Positions 48,198 to 62,355 of a stretch of DNA of 64,000 nt are shown here, piece by piece. The notes beneath the pieces are model-generated. The model ran no database searches, was not told the DNA's origin, and worked only from the letters and a program-made list of their open reading frames with translations. Location: positions 250,294,001-250,358,000 of the forward strand of contig NC_091473.1 of NCBI RefSeq assembly GCF_036971445.1. The letters are read 5' to 3'. Within the stretch, counting starts at the first letter, position 1; every line of letters starts with the position of its first letter. This DNA comes from Narcine bancroftii. Taxonomy: Eukaryota. The translations under genes and the position numbers were made by a program.

Positions 48198-50111
48198 CTG
48201 TTACAGTTCAGTTAAGAAACATGGATATATTTAAGAGCGACATAAATATTTAAAATGCAACAAACCTCCCTATAATCACTGACATTGTAATAAAATATAA
48301 TTACAGGTACATGTAAACTACTTACAACTGCAGGACATGGGGTATGATGTCATCACCATTCCCTCCAATGACCACTATTCCTCTGAGCCAGTGTGCAAAT
48401 TATTCAATTACAAGAACCACTGTATTGTCAACTGAACCCCATAATCACCCAAGATGCACAGACATGCTCCTTAATCTTTTGTTAACTCTTTGGCCACCAT
48501 AAACCTTTCATTAAGTCTGAGCAAAATACCTCTTGTGACCCAGAATCAAATTTTACATCATAAAATATTAAGTACTGGAACAGGCCCTTAGGCCCACAAT
48601 GCTGAATGAACATAATCCAAACAGCCGGCACATGGTCTACATCCTCCATTCCCTGCCTTTACATATGTCAGTTTAAATGCCTCTTAAACATTGCTATCCT
48701 ATCTGCTTCCACCATCTTCTTTTCCTGGCACCATGTTCCATGATCATTCTGAATGCAAAATTTGCCTTGTAAATCTCCTTTAAACATTCCTTCCCACCTT
48801 TAAGTCTTACCCTCCAGTATTTGATGATGCTACCCCAGGAAAAAGACTCTATCTGTCCTATGCTCAACATTTTCTGCAAGGCTGCCCCTTAGCCACAATC
48901 CAAGTTTATCCAAGATCTCTAATCCAGGCAACATTATGGTGAACCTCTTCTGAACCCTCTCCATCCTTACTGAAATGTGATAACCACAATGATTGATTGA
49001 TGATGCTCCTTTGGAAAATTTTACCATGAGAAATATGGAAGATAATTGATTTTGCCCACTAAGGTGAATGATAGGCCTGACTAAAATATTTCAATCCACT
49101 CCACTGGCTTAGACATCTCATTGAAGAGAAACTATTGAGTATTCTGCAACCTTACTTAATTTCAAGAATTAAATTATTAGGGATATAGTTTCAAACAAAA
49201 AGTTGCCATCTCCACTTTCAGAACTGTCCAACCACACAACTGGTTACTTTCTTTGAACTGACAATTAAGAGTCTCAGAGCTAAGGCACAAAAACAGGCTC
49301 TTCAGCTCACGACGCCGATGCTGCCTTTTTGCTCATCGACACTAATACCATTTCACTTGATCAGCATTGTTTCTTAAACTTTCCAATTCAAGAGCATCAA
49401 GGCTTGGCATGCCTCCCAAGGTGATAATTCAACCAAATCTAGGCTGTATTTCTTGATATGGGTGAGAAAGGGAGGTTAGAGAGGGAACACAGACAAAGCG
49501 ATGAACACAGGAAAGCGGAGCGAGCTAATGAGACGAGAACTGGGGAGGCAATGAGGTTGGGAACGAAAGGAGGGGGGGGGGATGGCGATGAGGTGGGTAA
49601 GGGCAGAGGGGCAGAGCACGGTGAACGGGGGAAGGGAGGAGAATGGGGGGCAGGGAGAATGGGGGCAGGTAGGAGAACGGTGGGGGGCAGTGAGGAGAAC
49701 GGTGGGCAGGGAGGAGAACGGTGGGCAGGGAGAACGGTGGGCAGGGAGAACGGTGGGCAGGGAGAACGGTGGGGGGCAGGGAGGAGAACGGTGGGGGGAC
49801 AGGGAGGAGAACGATGGGGGGCAGGGAGGAGAACGGTGGGGGGACAGGGAGGAGAACGGTGGGGGGGCAGGGAGGAGAACGGTGGGGGGGCAGGGAGAAT
49901 GATGGGGGGCAGGGAGGAGAACGGTGGGGGGGCAGGGAGGAGAACGGTGGGGGGGGGACATGCAAAGGTGGAACAGGGGCACTACGTCGGCGTAATGAGA
50001 TGTTGATAGGGAAGAATGATCTGTCTCGGGCGGGGGGGGGAAAGCGGGCGGGGGGGTAGCGGGGAGGAGGCTGGTGGCTGCAGGCCCAGGCTCATCCCGT
50101 GCGAAGGATAC
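48198..50111 (-). other. SNRPE: U12-type (minor spliceosome) GT-AG intron 1 of SNRPE
   Basis: Donor GTATCCTT (50111-50104). Branch site TTTCTTAAC (48219-48211) followed by 13 nt to the exon, with no polypyrimidine tract. Confidence 0.93.
49610..49960. repeat. G-rich minisatellite (~GGGGGGCAGGGAGGAGAACGGT)n
   Basis: Imperfect units of ~16-25 bp with a strong G/C strand skew. Confidence 0.9.
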
Positions 50112-50165
50112 GATGGGCTGCACCATCACTTTCTGCACCTTCTGTGCCTGCCCGCGGTACGCCAT
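50112..50165 (-). CDS. SNRPE: Sm protein E, exon 1 (MAYRGQAQKVQKVMVQPI)
   Basis: Nearly identical to the vertebrate SmE N-terminus; ATG at 50165. Confidence 0.97.
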
Positions 50166-50350
50166 GCTGCTCCTTCACCTCGCTGCCGATTCCGCCACAA
50201 AATGGCCGCGGCAAGCCGGCGCCAGCCGCACCGCGGGGCACCCTGGGACGTGACCTCTCACCCGGCCTTGGGCACCGCGCATGCGCCCCATGCAGCATCA
50301 AGGTGGAAGGGCATGGTTGGACCTCATGCTCAACTCCTTCGCCCTTATCT
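50166..50350 (-). promoter_or_regulatory. SNRPE CpG-island promoter / 5' UTR with YY1 and NRF1 motifs
   Basis: CpG-rich. CAAAATGGCCGC at 50198-50209 (YY1 consensus) and palindrome GCGCATGCGC at 50277-50286 (NRF1 consensus). Confidence 0.75.
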
Positions 50351-50419
50351 CAGCCACGTCAAGACATTTTAAAATTATAATGGTCATGAATTCTTAAATG
50401 CATTTCTATAGTCTAATAA

Positions 50420-50910
50420 ATTAATAGTTTTGATGATGATCATGAACAGGGCTCACCAGGGGCTAGACTTTGTGAGGTGGTAGAGGAGATTCAGGAGGGC
50501 AGCGAAGACTCATGAACGTCTCCAGGTGGCCCATGGAGAACATTCTGGCTGGTTGCATCACTCCCTGGTACAGAGAGGCCAACAGTCAGGACAGGAAAAA
50601 CCTTCAGACGGTCGTTAACTCGGCCTCCAAGATCACAGGCACCAGTCTTCATTGAGGACATCGGTCCTCAAGGACACCACCACCTAGATCATGGCCTCTT
50701 CACTCTGCTCGTATCAGGAAAAGGAATGCAGGAACCTGAAGACGAGCACCCAGCGGCACAAGGACAGCTTCTTCCCCACTGCCGTCAGATTTCTGAATGA
50801 TCAATAAACCAAAGACACTGCTTGATTTTGACTTTTTGTGCACTAGTTTTACAGTGATAGGTTTAGACGAATGCTTGCTTAGTGACGCAAAACAAATTTC
50901 ACAAATTGTT
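50420..50910 (+). mobile_element. Rex/Babar-type LINE 3' fragment
   Basis: ILAGCIT.WY, HGLFTLL.SG and HKDSFFPTAVRFLN motifs. Confidence 0.75.
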
Positions 50911-53900
50911 CAGAATGGAATCCAATATAAGCCCACAGCGATGCTGGAGGAACCCATCAGGTCTCACAGCATCCATAGGAGGTAAATATATATTACTGAC
51001 TTCAGTTATTATCTTTATCGCTTGGGAGCGCTGCAAAACCATCTGTAGATTTTTGCATCTCACGCTAACATAAACCAAACCAACAGGATCCAATATGAAG
51101 AAAACACGGTCATTGGAATTGAAGAGGCAACATTTCGTCGAATTCACAAATGGATCCCAGCCACTATTGATGGCATTAAAATAGTTGTCATGAGGTAACA
51201 AGGACACAAGAGTTATAGCAGGCTATTGTGGTAAAACTGGCAATCATACAGATGCCAAGGGTTCAACACCAGTACCTCAGCCAGCCAAAAAAAGACTCAG
51301 AAATCTGGTTCAGTTGAATTTTTAAAAAATGTAAATAAATAGTATTGCCAACAATTTTCTCATATATCTTACTAAACTTCCTCAACCAAGAATCTCCTTT
51401 CAATAATGTTGAATAGTGGAATTTATTAAAAATGTACAATTTAATCTCAAAATATTTAAAGGGCAACATTCATCCTAAATATATATCTAGTATATGCAAA
51501 GTAAATTCTGGTTTTAATGCTCTATTGCATTTAAGTGTTCTGAACTAAATTTTGGAAGAACAGCATAATGTGCACATTAATCTTTTGTACATGTAATGTA
51601 TGTTCCTATGAATAAATTTCTCCCCACTCCACAGCTCTGGGGTTGCTGGATAGATTGTGACACAAATCACAATTTGGTATTTCACACATTTTTCAGGTTA
51701 TGATTGAATTACTATCACTCATGGATTTCAGTAATTACATTGTACCTAAGTTAATTTAAAAAGGCATTCTCAGCTCACTGCAGTAACTTATACAAATGCA
51801 AAATGTTATTGAAAGTTAGCACAACCTTTTCTAGGTGGAAGAATATCTAAATGCTTTATATTTTAAATTGAATGAAAGTTGCAACCTTTCAAGTGTAAAG
51901 GGTTCAAAGTATCCCACTCAGCCTGGGAATGAGGATTCAGAGAATAGTTGAAGGAAGAAGTTTATTTATCACAAATTCTGTCTCAAGACTGATAATGGAC
52001 AGAGGAAGCAGAACCACATTAAGACATCCACTTTCAAACCTTAAAAATGGCCTGATGAAGGGCTCAAGCAGTTATGTATTTTTTATCTTTGTTATATAAA
52101 GGACAGTGGCCTGCTGAGTTTCTCCAGCATTGTTATAAGAATAGCACTTCATCAGGGAGATTCATGTTTTTGTGAGGTGAAACCACACATTTATAAAGGC
52201 AGACTTCAAACTTATTTTTGATAGTTTTTAATTCAACTGTACTTAAAACCTGTGTAAAAAGCAGTGATTTAAATTTGGACCACAGAAGGAAATGAAACAG
52301 CAATCTGCACAAGTTGAACAATAGTCCCTTTATTACAAAGAAATTATTACATTTTGGTGTCTGCATACAATCATAAATAAAGTTACCCACTACCATGGAT
52401 GAACATTTGAAACAATAAAATCAAAAGTAACAGATAAAGTCAAAGGACAGAAATGCAGAAACACAAAACAGTCACCCACATCTTAAAACACAAATTTTAG
52501 TCAGCTTGAATCCAAACCATAATTGGTCAACAAATGAAGATTTACAATGTTCACAAGAGATCAACAGCATTGCTTCAGCAGAATACTGATAGGAGAGGCT
52601 GCTTTAGAGAAGCTGCTGAAGTATTTACAGGATAGGAATTGTTCTAGAACACAAAGCTGCATTTGTATATGTATGCATGCTTCAGTGTTGTAATATCTCT
52701 GGTGTATTTTTTTTTATAAAAGCTTTAGAAGCTTTTGTTCTTTCCCTCTTCAACCCAAGCAAACAGGGTAGCCATCACATCAAGGTACAGGCAGTTAACG
52801 ACTATCAACTAGCAGAGTGACCACAAAAAAGTCATTCAATTCTCTGGCGGCCAAAGTACTCTGCTGAGGTGTGATAGATGTATCCCCGAATTTTAAACAT
52901 TCTGCAGCACCAAGTGCTTAATCATTGATCTTCTGTTCCTCTCCATGCTGTTCTTTTTGTCCTCCAAGTTGTAGAATTATTCCTGGCATACAAAGTTCGT
53001 GAGCAGCAGTATTCTGGTTGCATACATGAACAGATGCTCGTGGAGGAGGTATACTCCATTAAAGTTAGCCAGCAAAACTTAAGGCACTACAAGCACAGCC
53101 AGTTTGTGACCAATTCCCTGAAGTGGAGTGCATTGCTTTGTTTTACCTTTTCATTAAAACCCACACTGGATGCATCCAGTCGCAAAAATGAATAAAACCA
53201 ACAGGCTTTTCTTGCAAATCTAAAAGTTTGCAAGTCACAAAGAAGTATAATTTTTTCTGTCCTGCTAACCCATTCAATCACATTGACCAGAAAACCATTT
53301 TGACTTTGATGGCTTTGGGATTGCAAGAACAGATAGCTAGACTTTTAAATAACAGCGAGTCATTACAACCTTCATCTTTCAATAGTGGGCAGCATGTCCA
53401 TAGTCTTGGAGGAATTCCTCATTGAATACAACACTATATCCTTTTCCGAATAGCTCCCTGGACACACTCCTGATATGGTGCATGTTTGAATAATCTTTCA
53501 TAGTTTTTTTTTTAAAAAGAGCCTTGGAGAATGTACAAGAACATCTTCATCCATCTTCAAAGACAAGCCAAACTAGAGACCACAAATGCCCTTAATCCTC
53601 TGGCTTCAAAGTAAGACTTCTTTCCCCATCTCAAGTCAAGACACAATGCATTTTCTGCATATCTAGTTATTATTTTAAAGAAACTTTGGACTACCCGTGT
53701 TTCATTTCCCTTGCTGTAGTTTACACCAACCTTGATGCAAGTGCAACAAACTACACAAATTGAAAGTAGCTGAGAAATCCACTTTCACAGACACATTCTG
53801 AAGATCACAAATGTTCTCTTCAAACACCAGTGGGTTGATAATGAAGATTCTTATAATTCAAATAAAAGCATGGTGTAATTGGAGAATTTGTGAAACTGAC

Positions 53901-54717
53901 AATAGAAGGCATAAGAAATAAATGGTGAGGTGCAAAAGTTATGTCATAGTGACAAATTAATAGGATGCCGTGAAGTGACAGTCAGAACTTCTGGAATCCA
54001 AGAAAATAACAAACTGTCAGTGCAATGTGCAGGATTCCTTGCACAGCCAACTTGCAGCGATATACATTCTGGGCTTAGAATACAAGGTTATTCCCCCTCA
54101 TATTAGCTTGACAATCTGAAAATTCCAGTTGGTATTGTCAAAGACCAAATTTTTTTTTTTAAAGAAAGGAAGACATTTGGGCTGCTTCACATCCTCCCCA
54201 GTGGGCCTTAACCTCAGCATGACTACATAAATGTAATATTCTTTTACCAAAGGGAGGTGAAATTGGAACAGACCGATACCACAGAATTAAGTCCAATGAA
54301 AGACCATGTGAGAACTCATGTTTGTGGCATTCTCTCTCAGTTCTGGACAGACCTCTCAACAGAGTGGCTTTCACACACAAAAGCATCTCCAGAAAGTTCA
54401 CACCACTGGATCCCCTTAAATTACCTAAATCAGAACACTGAATGATGTTGCACCATCCTCTTGGTTCTGAGGTCAAAAGAACACATGGTAGCAGTCACGA
54501 GGTAATAATGAACTAATTTGGTCGCAGTATTAGCATGTTTAAAATGGGCCTGGCATTTGTCTTCATGCGATATGCAGACGCGGTAATACATTTAGTTTTA
54601 AAAATAGAAAGCCCAGTTAATTACAAAATTTAGGTCCAAGTTAGTCTCAGGTTTTCACCCAAAAAATTTTCAGAGGCGGTCCAAGTCATTTTGACAGGTC
54701 CAGAGAACATTCACTCT

Positions 54718-54990
<273 letters not shown>

Positions 54991-55798
54991 TTAATCTTTG
55001 CAAAAACATAAACTATTAATATGGAATTACTATAGGTATTCATTGCCTTATAACCTCATTCAAAAAATGCTCTTTAGCCAGAAGATGCTTGATATCAATG
55101 CACAACAGTAACTACAATAAAACACATTAAGCACCTTGCCAATAAACCATTCTGCCTCCAAGTTCCATACATCTTTGCTGGGGTGCAGTCTGTGAAATTA
55201 AATGCACTATATTTGACAGGGTCCAACCACAATCCTGTTCTGTGAAGTACAGTAAAATCGATAATAACCAGAATTCAAACAACCGACAGCCTCAAACAAA
55301 CAGCAAAAAAAAAAAATTGAGGAAAATAGAAAAGTAATAGAAAAAAAATGCAAGTTTAAAATTGTAGAAGTTAACGTCCTCTGAAGCAACACAAATCTTT
55401 GGTGAAAATGGAAGCAAATAGCCAGCGGAGGGCCTTGGACTTGCTTTAAACTGTTTTCTTCACTTTGTCATTTCCTGATTAAATAAACCGGAGTTACGTG
55501 AGTTACCTCATAGCTTCTTTCATGTAGTTCCTCTATATTCTACTTTCACTGTTTAGCACAGTGATTCACTGTGACGTTTTCCTCGACAGAACCAGTTTTT
55601 CCTAATGTCTTTAATTCTAAACCCGTTTGAAAGTTCCCAAATGTCAATTCATGGGCAGTGTTGGCAAGGCCAGCATTTACTGCAAACTGAGCATCTTGCC
55701 AATATTTTCTGAGGTGGGCCAAGATTGTGCCTTGTGGATTAAAAAAATTTCCACGATTAAAAAAGATTTTATGCAAGAATATGCAACTGTGATCTCAC

Positions 55799-55866
55799 CT
55801 GCCCTTCGATCTCTCTGGTACTTGCAAAGAAGTTTTGTTCTCTTCCTGGACAGGTGATTCCACAGA
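55799..55866 (-). CDS. ZC3H11A: ZC3H11A exon (SVESPVQEENKTSLQVPERSKG)
   Basis: 68 nt, TTCCTTCAG/GTGAG; phases 0 and 2 fit both neighbours. Confidence 0.85.
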
Positions 55867-56877
55867 CTGAAGGAAAAATAAACAAAGGGTTATAAAGTTC
55901 ATATTTAATAATCCTTGAAAAACAATAAACCAGTATCAAGGAAAGTATTAAAGTAGCTGAAATGCTACACACCATCAGTCTGAAAATTTTCCCCCAAGTT
56001 ACTGCTGAATGTCTGTGACATCTGAAATTCAGAATGTAGTGTAAGAATAAAATGGTGAGATTACTTGGCAATAGACCAAGCAGGGTATTAAATAGTGGTG
56101 GAAATCTGTACCCAAGGATACGGTTTCTTACAGAAATTTCTAACAAATTCATAATTTCTCAAGGTGCACATGAAAATGGGAACATATGATGAGTTTACTA
56201 GATTGTCAAACTAGTGTGGCAGATTGAGGGAATAATGGCAAATCTAGAATTCTCCAAATACAAGAGAGAGCAGCAAGTAGCCTTGGTCATCCACTACCAT
56301 GCACTCAGTAAAGGTGACCTCTCAGTGCTGTGTCAGGCTGGGAGTTCCAGGATTCAGATCCAGTGCAGAAGGAATGGTGACATTTCAAAGCTAGGAGGTA
56401 CAAGACAAGGGGGAAGTCAAGAGAGCCATTGTGCTTGCTGCCTTTTTCCATTCATGGTTGTAGAGATCACGTGTTTGCAAGAGCAGTCAGAATAGCATGG
56501 GCAAGTAAATACAGCACATTTTACCAGGATATACACTAAATGCACCACCGGATGCACAAAGGTTAGCAGTGGCCAAGTCTCTGATATGTTCTCCTATTCT
56601 CCAAATGGTGACCACCTCTTCCAAAAAAGAATGTCACTGGAAGAGATGGAAGGACCGAACATTCCACTTCATTGCTACATATCCAATCTACTGGCAACCC
56701 TTAAATTTAAAATGCACTTTGCATTGGGATATGCTGTTCTCAGACTTGATAGAAGTTGGAAATACACATTTATATTTGATACAGAAAAGACTTTCCATCC
56801 AAGTCGGTTACAGCTAGTTTTGAAAGTAGCAAACGGAAATGCATTTAGAACAAGCATCAACAATTGTAGGTCCTTAC

Positions 56878-57053
56878 GGCAATGATCTTCTCCGAGGCGG
56901 AGGGCTGCTTAATCAGAGCAGTGGTCACAGCATTGAGGGGCTTAACTGCCATAACAGTGGAAGGATGGTTGTCAGGGGATTTGCGTTTCTGGCTTATCCT
57001 CACAGGACAAGAGTTCGTCACTACTGATGGTTTCACATTTAATTTGGGTTTCA
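56878..57053 (-). CDS. ZC3H11A: ZC3H11A exon (VKPKLNVKPSVV...AVKPL...)
   Basis: 176 nt, CAG/GTAAG; conserved KPK.NVKPSVV and AVKPL motifs. Confidence 0.92.
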
Positions 57054-59268
57054 CTGTAAAAGAGGTAATGATATTTCAATCAGAAGACCCATTAATGCAA
57101 CCTACTCCGATAGTGAATCCTTTGATCACAGTTCATTATAAACAGATGCGACATAACTTTAGTGAAAATTATTATAAACGCCAGATGCAGAACATAGAAA
57201 ATAAAAATGCTGGAAATACTCAGCATAAAAAACTTGCGTAATAATGGCATAATGAATTGAGCACATTCATTTAAAATTAATTATTAAAACTTTATTTTCA
57301 GAAGCTAATCTATTAATGAATTTTATTGAATGGGACCAACAACCAACACAACAAGAATTTCATCCAACAATGCAGAGTCTAGTTTTGCTGCTCTATTTTC
57401 TTTTGTTTTAGGTGGATTTTGCCCATACATAGGCACCTCTGGCTTGCAAATCCATAATTGAAATGGACCAAACAGTCAAAAAATGGAATCAAAACAAAAA
57501 TAATCTAGAAGTAGGTTAAGGAAAGAGAGGATAGGAGGGAAAAGAGTAGAAATTAAAAATAACACAACTGAGAGCAAAAGGAAGCAGGAGATGAAGCAGA
57601 AGGGGGAATGTTCTTAAAAACAGAATGGACTGACTACTGTGTGATTCTTTACATTCTAGATCGGGTGAAGTAGATGCAATTTAAATCAGACGATAAACAT
57701 GTCGATGCAGCAGTTGTTTCAGCCGTGCCCTGTTTGATTCAACAAACATATACAATAGTTTTAAGACAAAAATCCTGAAAGGCTGACAAATTAAAGAATA
57801 TTTTGATCAACAGAAAAGGCTAATTATGCTACCAAAAAGACCACTATGCCTGAGAATTGAGAAAATTATGAAATTCAGTAAAGATAAGACTTATCAAGAC
57901 AAGAGAATGTAGTAGTAATCTTGTGAGAAAATAGACCTTCATGTTTTTGAATTGAATTTAGACATTCAGTATAACAGGCCATTTCAGCCCCCAAGCCCGT
58001 GCCTGCCCAATTACACACCCCAGTACATTTTGAACAGTGGGAGGAAACCAAAGCACCCACTGGAAACCCACAAAGACACTGGGAGAACATCAACTCCTTA
58101 CAGACAGCGTCTGACTCAACATCTGATTGCTGGGGCTGTAACAATGTTACGCTAACTGCCTAGCAAACTGACACCTTGCTTAAAAGATAACAAAAATTCA
58201 GTGGGGTCGACAGCCTGTTTCTCCTGTATATCTCTGACTCAATCTACAATGGATAAACTGAGTCAATACTACCACCAGCCACCCATTTATACAAGTCCTA
58301 ATAAATGGGATTTTATCCTTCCCACATTCTCATCAGCTCCTCCCAAATTCACCTACAAATCTGGGACAATTTGCCACTGTTAATTGACCTACCAACCTGT
58401 TCATCTCTGGGATGAGAGTGGAAACTGGAGGAAACGCACATGATGAAAGTTGGCATTTGCAAAACACGTTAATTGATATTTGGATATTAAAGGAGTAAAA
58501 GGGATACAGGGGTTAGGTTAGGGAAGAGGTGCAGGGTAACAGTTTAATAATTCTAAAGGGCAGAGGCCACATATACTCTTGTGCCCATTTATGTCCCTAC
58601 TGGTATCAGCAGACACAAAGGGGCGTTCACTTTGCTCCGTGTCAAGGTTCTCATGTTATTCTTCCTAAATGTCAAGCTTGGAAATACTTTAAAAACATAT
58701 TTTAAAACAACAGATATAAGATAACTATAACTCAATGATGGACAATTGATAGCTCCTGTCCATGGCTAGGGAGCTTTTAATATTGGCAGGTGCCTTAACT
58801 GAACTGCACAGGCTAATCTGCCAACAGTTCAAAATATGGGCTTATTAATACAGTATCCGGCACCTGTGGGGATTGGTAGATGCCAGATAAGTTAATTTGC
58901 TAGTTGCTTGAGATTGTGCATTGTAGGGATTGGCAAACTGACCGCAAGAGGGGTCCAATGTTACATTTTCACATTTTTTACGTGGTTTGTTTTACCGATT
59001 GCTTGAGGCTGGCTGCCTGTTGCTTGAATCCCAGATATTGGGGAATTTATTGTATGTCCATATTGGTCATATCAATAACATTTTTAAAAGTTGAGCAGAT
59101 CGGTGAAAAACAAATTCACTTTAAATCTTGCTAGAATTCAAGAAATTCATAATAATTAGTATAGTCTTTTAACTCAAAAATTAGTTTGTGCCACATTGAC
59201 TAACAACAAAAAGCAGGTGAGAAACTGAGAAGAACAACCAAATGCAAATGCAGTCCTCTGCCAGATAC

Positions 59269-59578
59269 CTTTCAAAGGAAGCGTAGGTTCTACTGCTTCA
59301 GATTTGGTGACAATCACGTTTTCTTCAGTTTTGACAGCCGATTGTTCAACTTCAAGAAAGTTGTTTGGTTTCAGATCCATCAAAGCTGCTGGCTGTGAAT
59401 TCTTCTCTGCGTCCCGTATCTCACTGTTCATTTTGTTTGCATTCACTTCTTTACCCAGAGTCGGGCACTGTTGCTTTTCAGTTTCCTGTTGCTGTCGAAG
59501 GCGCTTTTCCTTCAATATTTCTTCAAAGCTTTTAACTTGCACATTCTGCAATCTTGGAGCTTCCTTTCTAGTTTCAAA
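59269..59578 (-). CDS. ZC3H11A: ZC3H11A exon (..VQVKSFEEILKEKRLRQQQ..)
   Basis: TAG/GTATC boundaries, phase-consistent; KSFEEI repeat motif. Confidence 0.88.
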
Positions 59579-60335
59579 CTATATAATAATAGAATTTCAT
59601 TTGTGAATGTAGCACAGATAAAGACCATTTTGTTCTAAATTGTTTATTCTGATCCTATTCTGTTCCATCGCTCACTATATTGTAGTAGTTCTAGCAAAAT
59701 GTTTTAAACTTTAAAGAATTCCTTCTAATTTCTCCCCCCCCCCCGAATAGATTCAATTGATCTCTTAATTGTTATAACTCTGCAGTTCAGATAACATCCT
59801 TGTAATTGTTTTTGCAATCTCAAAATGATTTACATAGCTCTCAGAATTGGACTTCATACAAAATACAGCATAATGCACCAAAGCTTCACACTTTAAAACG
59901 CTATGCTTTAAAAAATTAGTTTAACCCTTTTTAAAGCTCTATTTTTGTGATTTCTACCCCTTGGATCCTCAACAGTTTGATCACTCTCCAAGGACTCTGC
60001 AACCTACAATTCACTCTCAAAAGATTAAACACTTGTTTGCTGTCCCCACATCAGTACTTGCAGACAATTTTTGTTCTCCAGTATGAACTCAGTATACAAG
60101 TACACACGAGTATAACATAGAAGTCTGCAGACTTCTGTGATTGAAGTAAAAACACAATGCTGGAGAAACTCTGACCTGCTGAGTTCAAAGCAATCCACAC
60201 ATATTGTTGTTTGTTTTCCAAATAGTTCACTCAAACTGTAAAATAATTCCTAAAAATATAAATTGATTGTCTGGTATTAGTCTGACTACTGAAAAAATGA
60301 AATACATTTTTGCTCTTTTGTCAAAGTACACCAAC

Positions 60336-60427
60336 CTTCTGAGATTCTCTCGAAACTCTTTGGGCAGCACTTTCCACTGATTGCACATTTATTGGTTCGT
60401 CATCAGTTTTTTCTGACTTGACAACTT
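60336..60427 (-). CDS. ZC3H11A: ZC3H11A exon (EVVKSEKTDDEP...ESQK)
   Basis: 92 nt, TAG/GTTGG; phases 1 and 0 fit neighbours. Confidence 0.8.
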
Positions 60428-60679
60428 CTACAGAAGGAGATATACAATGTTATACACTTGTTTTAATATCAAGTCGACAAATATTCAAGTTTGAACTCAA
60501 GAAGAAAGCAACAGAAATAACCCTAATCAAGTAGATTTGCCGATTAACCAGCATTTGTCCTAACCTTGCATGTCTGATCTATTCCCACTTTTCTTCAACA
60601 AATTGATAAATGTCCACAAAATCTCTGCTTTCACAGGTTAAAAAATGAATATTAAAACCCAAGTAAAACATGAAGTAAA

Positions 60680-61140
60680 AACCCAATGCTGAAGAAACTC
60701 AGCAGGTCAAACGGGGCGCTTTACAGAGCAAAGATAAAGATACATAACCAACGCTTCGGGCTTGAGCCCTTCATCAAGGTTTGGAAAAATGTCAGCATGC
60801 ACCCGAAAAAATGGTAGGGGGTGGGAAAGAAGGGATAGGTAGAGGAGCACAGTCCCAAAGGCTGGAGGCAATAAGGTGGATAAGGAGACAAAGGGAAGGG
60901 ATTGAGAATGGAGAGTAGGTAAGCGGAAACTGGAGGTCAATGTTAATGCCATCCGGATGGAGAGTGCCCAAACTGAAAATCAAGTGTTGTTCCTCCCAAT
61001 TAGTGCAATAGTCCATAAGGTCATTGACAGACATGTGAGCAGGGGACTCAGATTTGGGACGGTTGGCCATTGGGAGATCCCTGTCACTGATACAGACAGA
61101 GAGAGCAAAGGTACTCAGCCAAGTGATCTCCCAGTGTCTC
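60680..61140 (-). mobile_element. Penelope-like fragment in a ZC3H11A intron
   Basis: EEQHLIFSLGTLHPDGINID and the TGATGAAGGGCTCAAGCCCGAA motif. Confidence 0.7.
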
Positions 61141-61172
61141 TAATATAGAGAACCCAAGTTTAGCAACATCAC

Positions 61173-61385
61173 CTATAGGTTTGGTAATTCTCAGCAGTCT
61201 CTTCCTGGTAGAAGGGGCTTCGCTCTTTGGCTTCTCAGTTGGATGCTGTGTTACAGGACCTTCCTGGTTTTCTTGTTTCCTGAGTGCCTTTTCTCGTCGA
61301 ATCTCTTCCAAAGTTTTAATCCTTACTTGTTCCAGTGACTTTGGCTTAGTTAGACTTTCATCAGTAGATGCCTTCTGATATTTCA
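61173..61385 (-). CDS. ZC3H11A: ZC3H11A exon (..VRIKTLEEIRREKALR..LLRITK..)
   Basis: 213 nt, CAG/GTGAT; KTLEEI repeat. Confidence 0.92.
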
Positions 61386-62028
61386 CTGTCAAATAACAGA
61401 TTAGAAGGTCTTACAGAGATCATGGTTTAATTAATTATGGTGAAATGAAAAATATTTCAGGTGAAGCAAAATTTTTATTCTCCCCAACCCCCGCAGGTAT
61501 TAAAGATACCTCAAAAATAAGAATTGACAATTAACGCATTTGACAAATTAACTGCAAACAAAACCAGATGGAGTTTCATTGTGGCAAAGAAAACTCCACA
61601 AAATATATACAGCACTGTATTTCACTACAAGTCATCCCTTCCAATGTACTGACAGTAATGAATATCTGCAGGGTAACACAAGTGAGGAGAGGTAAGGGGG
61701 ATAAACATGATCAGATGTTAGTTACTGGAGAAACTTTTGCAGTCTGAGAAATGGAAACACGAGGGGAAAATTTCTGAAACACAAAAGGGATGGTGGCTAG
61801 ATGCACTCTGCACCCATACACAACAGGGGAGAATTTCGGAGGACAAAAAGACCAATTCACAGGAGAAAAACTAGCTTGTACTATATCAACCAATCTTATG
61901 GAAATCTATGCTTGTGGTCATAGAAAATGAGTGCACTATGAACTTAACATGGATATAGAAAAGCATATTTTAATAAAAACTGAGACCATTTATTAATAAG
62001 GCAACAGTGGAAAAAAAAAAGAACATAC

Positions 62029-62355
62029 CTTTGCCTTTTGCAACTGCTGGCCTCTTGTCTTTTCCTGGGTCACCTTCGAGTTGTTTTAGGACTAGATTAT
62101 CCTTTCCACACTCTTCCTGGTGATCTCCCTGCTTCTTCAGAGATTCTGACGTCTTCACCCGAACAGTCCGAATGATTTTAGATGTCTCCTCTAGCAAAGT
62201 GTTGGTCTGGGCAGATGTATTTTGGCTAACACCACCAACACTGGAGTCTCCATTGCTATCACCAAGGTCCCTCTTGGCAGCCTTTTCTCTCCGAATCTCT
62301 TCCAAAGTTTTCACTCTTATTTCTCCAAGATCCTCTGTTTTATTTATAAGCTTTT
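62029..62355 (-). CDS. ZC3H11A: ZC3H11A exon (..GEIRVKTLEEIRREKA..)
   Basis: 327 nt, CAG/GTATG; KTLEEI repeat. Confidence 0.92.

Noticed and set aside
49458-50111. Long Pro-rich and Gly-rich ORFs, including the 229-aa extension of SNRPE exon 1
   Set aside because: These are translations of a low-complexity minisatellite; the true exon ends at the U12 donor.
57653-57729. Possible extra ZC3H11A exon (open frame between CAG and GT)
   Set aside because: Its phase 0/2 does not fit between the flanking phase-1 exons, and it has no recognisable motif.
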